DNA of 64,000 nt, from positions 416,001 through 480,000 of the forward strand of contig CAWBOC010000005.1 of NCBI GenBank assembly GCA_963790305.1. The letters are read 5' to 3'. Under the pieces are notes generated by a model that had not been told where the DNA came from, searched no databases, and saw nothing but the letters and a program-made list of their open reading frames with translations. This DNA is from an uncultured Gemmatimonadaceae bacterium. Its GTDB lineage: Bacteria; Gemmatimonadota; Gemmatimonadetes; Gemmatimonadales; Gemmatimonadaceae. The position numbers and the translations under genes were made by a program. Below, one piece after another: positions 21,595 to 30,395 of the stretch (its first letter is position 1; each line of letters opens with the position of its first letter).

Positions 21595-22314
21595 TTAGTC
21601 GTGCCCGCTGATGTACTTGGTCACCATGTGGTGCCAGTACGGCCAGTCGTGCGCCCATCCATCCCAGATTCGCAGCGCATGCCAAATGTCCTTCGAGGAC
21701 AGCACGCGCGAGAGCCACTCGTTGTTGGCGCGCATGGGGTCGTCGCGCCCGATGGCAATGATTATGTCGATTCGGCGCAGCGCCGCCAGACGTGCCGGGT
21801 CGTGTTCGTTCTGGAGGAAGTCGGTCGGACAATTGAAATAGATCGCCTCGTTCGACCACCCGTCCGTTTGCTCCTTGATGTCGTACATCCCGCTCATACC
21901 CAGCACGCGTCCCACGAGCGTCGGGTGGCGAAAGGCGAAATTCGCGGCGTGGTACGCTCCGAAGCTCGCTCCCGTGGTAATGAGAAACGGATTCGGGTTC
22001 CGGTGCGCGGACAGGGGGAGTACCTCGTTGATGAGATAGTGCTCGAAGTCGAGGTGCCGCCGGGCCCGGTCTGCCGGATGCCGGTGCCTGGAGTACCAGC
22101 TCTCGTCGTCGACGCTGTCGACGCACCACAGCTGCAGCCATCCGCGCTCCAGCGGCTCGGCCAGCGCGCCGATCATGCCACGGTCCTCCCACTCGTAGAA
22201 GCGGCCCATCGATGTGGGGAACACGAGCGCGCGTGCCCCGCCGTGACCGAACTGGAGAAGCTCCATGTCTCGGCCAAGCGATGGGCTATGCCAGCGGTGG
22301 TGTTCGCGATGCAT
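21595..22314 (-). CDS. Putative esterase (alpha/beta hydrolase)
   Basis: WHSPSLGRDM, FPTSMG, GASFGAYHA nucleophile elbow, AHDWPYW. Confidence 0.88.
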   Translation of the reverse strand: MHREHHRWHSPSLGRDMELLQFGHGGARALVFPTSMGRFYEWEDRGMIGALAEPLERGWLQLWCVDSVDDESWYSRHRHPADRARRHLDFEHYLINEVLPLSAHRNPNPFLITTGASFGAYHAANFAFRHPTLVGRVLGMSGMYDIKEQTDGWSNEAIYFNCPTDFLQNEHDPARLAALRRIDIIIAIGRDDPMRANNEWLSRVLSSKDIWHALRIWDGWAHDWPYWHHMVTKYISGHD

Positions 22315-22339
22315 GCTGTTCTTGGGGAAACGGGGACAC

Positions 22340-23143
22340 TCAGCCGCGCACCGGAAACAGGAAGCGCAACACCCCCTCGACTCTGGTCGCCCACGACTGC
22401 TCGTTGTGCGCGCCACCCTCCGCCTCCAGGTAGGCGAGGTCCTGCCCTTCGACCCAACCCTTCCGAACGAGCGCATCGCGCAGCATGCGGGCGTCTCGCG
22501 CGACATCCTCCCCTTCGCCGGTCCCCGAGTCGAGCCAGATCCGGAGGGGTGGCTTGGACGTGAGCGCCTCGACGTCCTTCACAATCGCGCGATCGTTCCA
22601 CCACACCGAGGGGGACAGCACAGCCAGTCGATTGAAGACCGTAGCGAAGCGCAGCCCGAGGTGCAGCGTGAGGAGCCCGCCGAGCGAGGAGCCGCCAAGT
22701 CCGGTGTTCGAGGCGCTGCGGAGGGTGCGATACCGCCGATCGATGAAGGGCTTGATCTCCTGCACCAACATTCGCGCGTACCCGTCACCCTTGCCGCCCA
22801 TGTTCTTCTTCGGATCGCGCGTGGGTGTGTACTCGTCGATACGGCCGTGCCCTGCGTGGTATATGCCGACGATGATGATGGGCTCGATGGCCCCGGATTC
22901 GATCAACCGCTGCGCCGTCTCATCCACTGACCACTCCTGGCCCGTTGAGGACGTCGCGCGGTCAAACACGTTCTGGCCATCCTGCAGGTAGAGCACGGGG
23001 TAACGCCGTACGGTATCAGCGCGATATCCCGGGGGCCGGTATACGATCAGCGTGTGCTCGCTCGGAAGAAAACGCGAGCGAAACCGGGGGTGGCGCCCGA
23101 AATCCCCTGTGAGCGTGTGCTCCGGGGGATTCTGTGCATCCAC
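22340..23143 (-). CDS. Putative esterase (alpha/beta hydrolase)
   Basis: YPVLYLQDGQNVFD, GSSLGG, SPSVWW, DSGTGEG, HNEQSWA. GTG start tentative. Confidence 0.9.
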   Translation of the reverse strand: MDAQNPPEHTLTGDFGRHPRFRSRFLPSEHTLIVYRPPGYRADTVRRYPVLYLQDGQNVFDRATSSTGQEWSVDETAQRLIESGAIEPIIIVGIYHAGHGRIDEYTPTRDPKKNMGGKGDGYARMLVQEIKPFIDRRYRTLRSASNTGLGGSSLGGLLTLHLGLRFATVFNRLAVLSPSVWWNDRAIVKDVEALTSKPPLRIWLDSGTGEGEDVARDARMLRDALVRKGWVEGQDLAYLEAEGGAHNEQSWATRVEGVLRFLFPVRG

Positions 23144-23186
23144 GCTCTCGGGTTCCGTCTCCTCAGCGCGCGCGAGTGCGCGTTCG

Positions 23187-24137
23187 TCAGAACTCGCCAA
23201 TGAATCCGATCTCCGGTTCAATGCTCTGGTCGAAGCGCTCGCGAACAGCCTTCTGTGCCACACCGATCAGCTCGCGCACGTCACGCGCTGTGGCGCGTCC
23301 AAGGTTGACGATGATGTTCGCGTGAATGTGCGAGATCTGCGCGTCGCCGACGCGGTGCCCTTTGAGCCCGCACTGATCAATGAGACGACCCGCTCCCACC
23401 CCCTCGATCTTCTTGAAGATCGATCCAGCGCTGGGGTGGAACTGCAGCCAGGGATGCTTGCCCCCGCGCCAGCTCAGATTCTCCTGGAGGACCCGGTGCA
23501 TCACGGATTCGTCCCCAGGCTCGAGCTTGAAGGTCACGGCGAGCGCGACGTCGTTCCGGTGATGCAGGATGCTCGTATCGTAGCCGAATTGCATGTAATC
23601 CTTCGTGACCGTCTCGCGCTCGCCGTCGTGCGTGAGCAGCTCGCACGATTCGAAGATCTCTTCAATGAACATGGTGCGCTCGCGCGCTGGCGCCGGCGAG
23701 AGAAAGTGCAAGTTCTGCCACACGGCGCCCCCGACGGTGCTGGGGATCCCGACGTAGTGCTCGAGGCCGGATAGCCCGCGGCGAACCGCTTCGGGGATGA
23801 TATCGGCAACGATCGCGCCGCTCTCGGCGCGGAGCCGTCCGTCGTCGTCGAACGCGAAATGACGCGCGCGGTTGTGGATCACCAATCCCCGAAATCCCTT
23901 GTCGCCGACCAGGACGTTGGCGCCCAGTCCGAGGATGAAGTGCGGGACGCCGGCCTCGCGCGCCGCGAGGATCCCTCGGGCGAGCTCGTCAGCGGTGTAC
24001 GCGGCGTACAAGAGATCGGCGGGACCGCCGATCCGAAATGTCGTCAGAGGTCCCAGCGGAACGTCCCGCTCGAGATGGTCGGGATCGAGGCGAGCGACGA
24101 GCGCGTCCGTCGCGCTACGTCTTCCAGTCTTCGTCAT
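23187..24137 (-). CDS. murB: UDP-N-acetylenolpyruvoylglucosamine reductase
   Basis: TTFRIGGPAD, LGLGANVLV.D.G, GIPSTVGGA, PSAGSIFK, HANIIVNLG, IEPEI. Confidence 0.93.
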   Translation of the reverse strand: MTKTGRRSATDALVARLDPDHLERDVPLGPLTTFRIGGPADLLYAAYTADELARGILAAREAGVPHFILGLGANVLVGDKGFRGLVIHNRARHFAFDDDGRLRAESGAIVADIIPEAVRRGLSGLEHYVGIPSTVGGAVWQNLHFLSPAPARERTMFIEEIFESCELLTHDGERETVTKDYMQFGYDTSILHHRNDVALAVTFKLEPGDESVMHRVLQENLSWRGGKHPWLQFHPSAGSIFKKIEGVGAGRLIDQCGLKGHRVGDAQISHIHANIIVNLGRATARDVRELIGVAQKAVRERFDQSIEPEIGFIGEF

Positions 24138-24186
24138 GGGAAGGAAAGGAAACCGGGATGGCCCACCATCGCCAGCCGAGCGATCG

Positions 24187-24732
24187 TCATTCGCTGGCGG
24201 TTTTGGCTCCAAGCGCGCGCTCGAGCTCGCGCAGCAACGTCGTGTCGTTGGCACGCACCGGGCCAACGTGGCGCCACCGGAGCACTCCGTCGCGGTCGAT
24301 CAGGAAGGTGGCGGGCACTCCAATGGCGAGAAAGGTCGACTGCACCCGCTCGTCGGGGTCGAGCCACAGCGGATACGTCATCTGGAAGTCCTGGGCGAAT
24401 TCCCGAATCGTCTCTTCCTCGCCACGGGCGTCCACGCTCACACCGATCAGCTCGAGACCTCGCCCCGCATAACGCTCGTGAAGCGCCTGAAGGATGGGAA
24501 TCTCCGCTCGGCACGGATGACACCAGGTGGCCCACACGTTCAGCAGCACGACCCGGCCGCGCGCCTGGTCCAGCGCTACCGAGTCTCCAGCGAGCGAGAC
24601 GGCCCGATAGGCGGGCGCAGGTTGGCCAATCTCGGGACGGCGACCTCGTCGGTTGTCATCCTGCGTGCACGCAATGGCCACCGTGAGCGTCACCGCGGTG
24701 ACCGCGAGGGGGAGCGCGCGGACAGCCATCAC
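24187..24732 (-). CDS. TlpA/ResA family thiol:disulfide oxidoreductase, lipoprotein-like
   Basis: LNVWATWCHPCRAEIP, GVPATFLIDRDG; coupled to the upstream gene (GTGA). Confidence 0.92.
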   Translation of the reverse strand: MMAVRALPLAVTAVTLTVAIACTQDDNRRGRRPEIGQPAPAYRAVSLAGDSVALDQARGRVVLLNVWATWCHPCRAEIPILQALHERYAGRGLELIGVSVDARGEEETIREFAQDFQMTYPLWLDPDERVQSTFLAIGVPATFLIDRDGVLRWRHVGPVRANDTTLLRELERALGAKTASE

Positions 24733-25961
24733 CGTTGGCCGTCGAGGCGCGTGCGGGCCACGCGAATCCGTGACGGCGTGCCGGTCTCGGTCCATGCGAC
24801 GATGAGATCGCCTTCCCGCGCCACCATGCGTGGAAAGCCGCTGGCGCGCGCGCCCGTCGTCCGTGCGATGAGCGTCGAGGGACCTCGGGCGCCGTTGGCG
24901 CTCACCCGCCTGACGCGAACGTCTGCCTGCTGCTCGGTTGTGAACTCCATCCAGCTCACGATGGCGCCGCCTCGATCGTCCAGCTCCACGTCCACACGGC
25001 CGACTGGGCTGCCGTCATCGATGCGAACAGGCGGGTCAAAGCTGACGCCGGCGTCGGTCGACGTCGCGAGATAGACGCGCGCAGTATCCCGGGCATTGGT
25101 GAACCACGCCACCGCAACGCGTTCATCGGCAGCGGCGATCGCCGGTCCGTTGACCGGACAGGCATCGATGTTCCACTTGTCCGCGTGCACCGGTATCCCG
25201 CGACTCCACCCCGAATCCGACCACCGGGCGACGCTGATGTCGCGAATCTCGCCGTCCAGACGGTCGCGATAGACGACGATGGGTCCCGACGACGCGACCG
25301 CCAGGGAAGTCTGACAGCAATCGCACACGCGCTCATCGAGGATGCGTTCGGATCCTGGGTCCCCAGCCGGCCCCATGGCGGTCATGAGGAGCATCATGTT
25401 GGCGCTTTGACCCTTCTCCGCTCGCGCGAAGTTCCGTCCGTCGAGCCAGATCGCGCCTAACGAATCGCGGAAGGGAAACAGCGAGACGAACCCGTGCTCG
25501 GTCGGCGTGCCGTCACGGTGGGGCACGACCGGCGCGCTCCACGTTTCGCCGCCGTCCGTGGACTGCGAAATACGCACATCGTACGCATATCGTGCGCTTC
25601 CGCTTCGCTGCAGCCAATGCGCGGCCAGCCTGCGTTCCGAGAGCGGGACGAGCGATGGGAAATCCGCCCAGTTCACGAAGAAGTCCGTTCGTCGGGCGAT
25701 CGTCCGTGGCGCCGACCACGCACCGTTCTCGAGCGTCGAGAAGCGTAGCGCGTGCCCTGAATCCCCGGCCGGCTCGAGCCACGAGAGGTATACGCGACCG
25801 TCGGGGCCGGCAGAGAGATTCGGCTCGCCGCTGCCGCTCGCGGCCGGCGAGGCGAGCGTGTCGATCGGTCCGACCGTGATCGCGTCGCTTTCAATGCCGG
25901 TGCAGCCAAGAACCAGCGTCAACAGCAGACTTGGTGTGCGCACGATCGGCCTGCGGTGCAT
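24729..25961 (-). CDS. BNR/Asp-box repeat (sialidase-like fold) exported protein
   Basis: Asp-boxes STDGGETWS and STDAGVSF; FVNWADFP, VCDCCQT, IDACPVNGP; lipobox-like VLGC; GAGGAG SD. Confidence 0.85.
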   Translation of the reverse strand: MHRRPIVRTPSLLLTLVLGCTGIESDAITVGPIDTLASPAASGSGEPNLSAGPDGRVYLSWLEPAGDSGHALRFSTLENGAWSAPRTIARRTDFFVNWADFPSLVPLSERRLAAHWLQRSGSARYAYDVRISQSTDGGETWSAPVVPHRDGTPTEHGFVSLFPFRDSLGAIWLDGRNFARAEKGQSANMMLLMTAMGPAGDPGSERILDERVCDCCQTSLAVASSGPIVVYRDRLDGEIRDISVARWSDSGWSRGIPVHADKWNIDACPVNGPAIAAADERVAVAWFTNARDTARVYLATSTDAGVSFDPPVRIDDGSPVGRVDVELDDRGGAIVSWMEFTTEQQADVRVRRVSANGARGPSTLIARTTGARASGFPRMVAREGDLIVAWTETGTPSRIRVARTRLDGQR

Positions 25962-26182
25962 GTCGAAGCTCCTCGGTGTGGGCGCGTGCGGCCCAGGGCG
26001 TGACAGTGTAGCACACGCGGTTGCCCCTGTCAGGAACGGGTCGTAAATCAAAGCCGTCGCCGTACGAGGCATGTCGTTCACACGCGAATCAATGCGCTTG
26101 GGCGCGCCGCACTTCTCTGCTCTTTACATATGCGACAGCTTGGCACGCTGCTCGTGCCGTGAACCTCCAGATTGGAGACTGC

Positions 26183-26821
26183 ATGCATACCGTCGCTTTA
26201 GCGAGCGTCGTTCTCGCCGTGGCCCTTTCGGCGTGTGGAGGCGGGGGTGGGGGAACGCAGCCACCACCGCCGCAGGCGGTGTTCACCTCCCTGGCAATCG
26301 CTCCAACCAATCCCGACCTCGTGGTCCGCGACACGGTTCAGATGAGCGCGACCCCGCGCGACCAGAACGGTGCGCCAATGTCGGGATTGGGGGCCGCGAC
26401 ATTCACGCGAGTGGGAGCTGGGACGGCTGCGTCCGTGTCGCCGACCGGGCGCGTAATCGGTGAGCAACCGGGGTCCGCTCAGATTCAAGCCTCGCTGACC
26501 TCGGGTGGCACCACACTCACCGCCTCGACAAACGCGACGGTTAGCGCCCTGAGCGCTACCGCCAGTGTGACGGCGAGCGGTGTGGGATCGGCCTTCAGCC
26601 CTGACACCGTCAAGATCGCGGAGAACGGCACCGTGACGTGGAGCTTCCCCGGTCCGGAGACGCATAACGTCACCTTCGATGGAGGGCCTCCCGCTGGTGG
26701 AAACATCCCCGATCGCAACACTGGGAATGAAGCGCGCACGTTCACAAGCGCCGGCCGTTTTTCGTATCGCTGCACGCGCCACGCGGGAATGAACGGGGCT
26801 GTCATCGTGCGCACCCCGTAA
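26183..26821 (+). CDS. Lipoprotein with Ig-like domain and C-terminal cupredoxin domain
   Basis: Lipobox LSAC; Ig-like repeat; type-1 Cu ligands HNVTF...YRCTRHAGM. Confidence 0.85.
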   Translation: MHTVALASVVLAVALSACGGGGGGTQPPPPQAVFTSLAIAPTNPDLVVRDTVQMSATPRDQNGAPMSGLGAATFTRVGAGTAASVSPTGRVIGEQPGSAQIQASLTSGGTTLTASTNATVSALSATASVTASGVGSAFSPDTVKIAENGTVTWSFPGPETHNVTFDGGPPAGGNIPDRNTGNEARTFTSAGRFSYRCTRHAGMNGAVIVRTP

Positions 26822-26887
26822 GGTTCAAGGGCAGGCCAGGCTCGACGGGCACGCGCCATGCGCGTGCCCGTTTGCCATCCGGACCGC

Positions 26888-26905
26888 TTGTGAATAAGTT
26901 CACGA
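26888..26905. promoter_or_regulatory. CRP/FNR-type (or Rex-type) palindromic operator
   Basis: TTGTGAATAAGTTCACGA: TGTGA-N6-TCACG, also one mismatch from TTGTGAA-N4-TTCACAA. Candidate -10 TAGACT at 26946-26951. Confidence 0.7.
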
Positions 26906-26975
26906 GGTCCGCGGGACTCGCGGAATCACGAGGCGATTTCTTCGTTAGACTAGCACGACTTGGAGGCTTCTCGGT

Positions 26976-27470
26976 ATGCGGTTCTACGCTTTGACAGCGG
27001 CGAGCATCCTCGTCCTCGGCGCATGCGCCGGCGGCGACACGGCGAACGAAAGCACGACCGACACGGCCGCGACGACGGCCACCCCGACTCCGCCGGCGGG
27101 CGGAGGCCAGACTACGACGGGAGCAGCGATCACCGGCACCACGCACGAAGTTCGGATGCTCCTCGATGGACAAACCTACAAGTTCGATCCGGCCAATCTG
27201 ACCATTAAGCAGGGCGATGGGGTGAAGTGGGTCATGGTCTCCGGGGGTCCACATAACGTGGCCTTCGACCCGGCCAAAGTTCCGGATGACGTGGAGTCGG
27301 TGCTCTCGGCGAACATGCCGAACCAGCAGATGCCCCTCTCCAGCCCCTTCATGATGCAGCCAACCGAGTCGTACACGATTTCGTTCGCGGGTGTGAAGCC
27401 GGGCACCTACGACTACGTGTGCACGCCACACGTCATGATGGGAATGACCGGCAAGATCACGGTGCAGTGA
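26976..27470 (+). CDS. Plastocyanin/halocyanin-like blue copper lipoprotein
   Basis: Lipobox LGAC, Thr-rich linker, PHNVAFD...YDYVCTPHVMMGMTGKITVQ; GGAGG SD. Confidence 0.93.
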   Translation: MRFYALTAASILVLGACAGGDTANESTTDTAATTATPTPPAGGGQTTTGAAITGTTHEVRMLLDGQTYKFDPANLTIKQGDGVKWVMVSGGPHNVAFDPAKVPDDVESVLSANMPNQQMPLSSPFMMQPTESYTISFAGVKPGTYDYVCTPHVMMGMTGKITVQ

Positions 27471-27497
27471 TCCAGGTCCGAATCGCAAAAGTTCTTT

Positions 27498-27531
27498 CGA
27501 GGGGAGCCAAGTGGCTCCCCTCGTTGATTTT
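27498..27531 (+). terminator. Intrinsic terminator
   Basis: CGAGGGGAGCCA-AG-TGGCTCCCCTCG followed by TTGATTTT. Confidence 0.75.
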
Positions 27532-27620
27532 GCGCCGCAAAATGAGGCTGGGGAAGGCCGATCCGACTGTAACGGCAACGTTCCTGCAATGATCAGGGCC
27601 AGACGCAGCATGGAGTCGGC

Positions 27621-28103
27621 ATGATCGAGACGTGGACGGATTTGCTGGATTTCGTGTGGTGGGTGATGACGGGCCGTGAAGACCGGCCGCGTTTTCGCAT
27701 GAGTCTCCGACCCTCCCGCTCGGCGCTCGCGGCCGTCGGCTGGGCGTGGATGAGCGCGCTCGTGCTCCTCTCCGCGTTCATCTTCACCGGTGACGTGAAC
27801 AATCCGGTACCCACCTGGGTGTTCGCAGTGATGGGAGCGATCGCGCTGTTATGGGCGCCGACCCAATACGCGTTGTTCGCGAACGCACAGCGGTTCCGCC
27901 GCTTCGCCGTCATTGCACTGGTGATTGGCGCTCCGGTGTGGGTTCTTCCGGTTCCTCCCGACGTCGCGCTCTCAGGAGTGCATCGCTTCGCGCTGTGGGC
28001 GCTCTTCGGAATAGCTACTGCGCTCGCGGCCCCACTCCTTGCACTACCCCTGCGGATGCTGCGTCCGAGTCCATCCCCGGCGCGTCACTCGATTAGCGAC
28101 TGA
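27621..28103 (+). CDS. Hypothetical membrane protein
   Basis: Four hydrophobic helices; GGAG upstream of the ATG. Confidence 0.6.
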   Translation: MIETWTDLLDFVWWVMTGREDRPRFRMSLRPSRSALAAVGWAWMSALVLLSAFIFTGDVNNPVPTWVFAVMGAIALLWAPTQYALFANAQRFRRFAVIALVIGAPVWVLPVPPDVALSGVHRFALWALFGIATALAAPLLALPLRMLRPSPSPARHSISD

Positions 28104-28132
28104 GCACGCGGCGCCGCTCATGCGGCGCCCGC

Positions 28133-28399
28133 GTGCCGCGTGACGCACGCTTCGTGGAGCTCTGGCTCGGCGTCGTTACCTTCGTGGCCGGAAGCGTCCT
28201 GTGGCGCGTCGCGAGCCGAGAGCGAGCAATCGTGGCGCCGTGGCTCCCGCGCCTGGGTCTCGGAATCGCCGTGCTCGGCCTGGGCACACTTGCCATTACG
28301 CTGGAAGGCGTCGTCTGGAACTTCGTGTCCATCATCGCGAGCCTCATCGCGATCGGCGTGATCGTCTCCGTCATTCTGGAGATTCTGCGACGTCGATGA
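28133..28399 (+). CDS. Small hypothetical membrane protein
   Basis: Three hydrophobic helices, basic C-terminus. Confidence 0.6.
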   Translation: MPRDARFVELWLGVVTFVAGSVLWRVASRERAIVAPWLPRLGLGIAVLGLGTLAITLEGVVWNFVSIIASLIAIGVIVSVILEILRRR

Positions 28400-28484
28400 G
28401 CGTCGCGGAGCCTTGCCGACGCGGGCTCCGCGGCCGATACTCGCCCACGGTGTCATCCCTTGTCTTCGACATGAGCGTCGCGTA

Positions 28485-30347
28485 ATGGAGGGGTCGGAGT
28501 CTCCGCTCACGTCAGGCGAACGGGGTCCCGACGACCGCCCCGGCGAATCGTTAGGTCCCGACGTCGCCGACCCGGTCGGACTGCTGCTCGCCGAACCGGT
28601 TCCTCCCGCGTCGGTGGGGACGTGGCTCGGTCGACGCGCGCGGAACGCGGCTCGCCGCACGGCGCTGCTCGGCACCGCCGGAGGGCTCGTGTTCGTGGCG
28701 ATGCTGGTAACGCTCATCGTCATTCCCCACCGAGCCCGGCGCGCCGCGGCGGCGATCATGCCCCGTGCCGGCGAGCGGCCGGACACCGCTCGCCTGATGG
28801 CCGCCGACGCGGGCGCAGCGCAGGACCTCGCACGTACCGAAGCGGCCCTCGCCAACGCGCGGGCTCGCGCCGCGCGACGAGCCCTCCCGCCGCCGCCGGA
28901 CACGCTTCCTACCGCGGTTCGCCTGCGACGCGACTCGCTTCAGGGGGCAATCGCGCGACTCACCACGGTGCTCGAACGAGCCGAGGCGGCACCGCTGTTC
29001 GCGTCGTACCGGGCGTTAGGCACCACGCCCGAGCTCCAGGGCGAGCCGCGCGTTACGGCACTGCTCGACTCGCTCGCCGAGATCGAGCGTCAGCGTGATG
29101 CGTTTGGCGCGACCGGCGGCGTCGATCCCTTGTTCGTTGCACTCACCTCGCGCGCCGGCGAGCTCGGTCGCGCCCTGCATCAGATCGGCGCGACCCGGCG
29201 AACCGCCCTCCGAGAGGAGGTCGAGCGACTGCGACCATCGCCGCGGCCTGTGGTGACGCTCCCTCCAGTCGACACGATGCCGGCAGCCTACGCGCGCGAC
29301 TCGGCTCGTGGGGCGGTCGCGCGTGCCCGTGCGGCGCTGGCCAGCGCTCGTGACCGCAACCGTCAGCTCGATGCGCGTCAGCGTCGAGCTCGAGAAATCT
29401 CGGCCATCGCGGCGTCCCCGCCGGCGATGCTCGCGGCCTCGCTCATCTTCGGCCTCGCGGCTGGATTCGCGATCGCATTGATGGCCGAACTCCGAAGTCC
29501 GCGCGTAGCCGACACGAAGGAAGCCGAGCGGTTGGTCGCGCTTCCGGTGATTGGACGTGTGGGTCCGACCGAGCGAGTGCCCGAACGTTCGCGCCGCCGC
29601 GCCGATCGGGAGGTGGCGCCTGTCATCGACCAGGCCACGGACACGTATCGCCAGCTCTACCTCTCGCTGGCCGATGCCGCCACGAACCTCCCCCTCATCG
29701 CGATCACCGGTGACGAACCGTCCGTGGTCGCCACAATGGCCATCAACCTCGCGGTGGCGGCATCACACCAGGCGCGACATGCGCTCGTCATCGACGCGGA
29801 CGTCACCGTGCATTCCGTCTCCGCGGCGCTCCACATCCCGCCAGCTCCCGGAGCGACGGAGTCCCTCACGGGGGAAGTGGAGTGGCCCGAAGTCATCATT
29901 CACGCGGTCGTGGGCCGGGACCGCACGATCGATGTGATCCCCGCTGGCCGGCGGCGCACGCCGAATGAAGTTGCCGCACGCACCCTTCGTGAAGCGGTGG
30001 CGCACCTCGCACGGCGGTACGATACGGTCGTCGTGAGCGCGCCATGGCTGCGGGAGGTTCCGCTCGAGGAAACGATATCGGCGTCGAGGGACATTGTGAT
30101 CGTCGCGCGAACCGGGCGCACGACCGCCGTCGGGCTCAAGCGCCTCGTGGCCGCGATCGGTCAAGCTGGCGGCACCGTGCGCGGCGTCGTGGTCTGGGAA
30201 GCTGCGGACCCCGCCATTCCGTTCCTCTCCGAAGTCCCGGAGCGAACGTCGCTCCTCCCACGCTATGCCTCGATGCGTCGCGGAGATAACCAGCCCGAGA
30301 CCGACGCGAACGAACGCCGGCAAGACGCGGTGACCGGCCAAGATTAA
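28485..30347 (+). CDS. Wzc/GumC-like polysaccharide co-polymerase with degenerate tyrosine-kinase domain
   Basis: TM - coiled-coil region - TM - CpsD/CapB-like domain (YRQLY, AINLA, LVIDAD, IDVIPAG, YDTVVV, VARTGRT, GVVVW). Confidence 0.7.
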   Translation: MEGSESPLTSGERGPDDRPGESLGPDVADPVGLLLAEPVPPASVGTWLGRRARNAARRTALLGTAGGLVFVAMLVTLIVIPHRARRAAAAIMPRAGERPDTARLMAADAGAAQDLARTEAALANARARAARRALPPPPDTLPTAVRLRRDSLQGAIARLTTVLERAEAAPLFASYRALGTTPELQGEPRVTALLDSLAEIERQRDAFGATGGVDPLFVALTSRAGELGRALHQIGATRRTALREEVERLRPSPRPVVTLPPVDTMPAAYARDSARGAVARARAALASARDRNRQLDARQRRAREISAIAASPPAMLAASLIFGLAAGFAIALMAELRSPRVADTKEAERLVALPVIGRVGPTERVPERSRRRADREVAPVIDQATDTYRQLYLSLADAATNLPLIAITGDEPSVVATMAINLAVAASHQARHALVIDADVTVHSVSAALHIPPAPGATESLTGEVEWPEVIIHAVVGRDRTIDVIPAGRRRTPNEVAARTLREAVAHLARRYDTVVVSAPWLREVPLEETISASRDIVIVARTGRTTAVGLKRLVAAIGQAGGTVRGVVVWEAADPAIPFLSEVPERTSLLPRYASMRRGDNQPETDANERRQDAVTGQD

Positions 30348-30395
30348 GGTCGTCCCATGAGTGACGGGATCATTGGTCGATGCTAATGATCCGAA

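Noticed and set aside
20893..22563. 556-aa plus-strand ORF and similar long antisense ORFs (e.g. 29763-31424, 61496-62944, 19088-20317)
   Set aside because: They lie opposite genes with clear family motifs, as expected from high-GC codon bias; no motifs of their own.
26976..27470. Plastocyanin as evidence of phototrophy
   Set aside because: No photosynthesis genes in the window; such cupredoxins are common in non-phototrophs.
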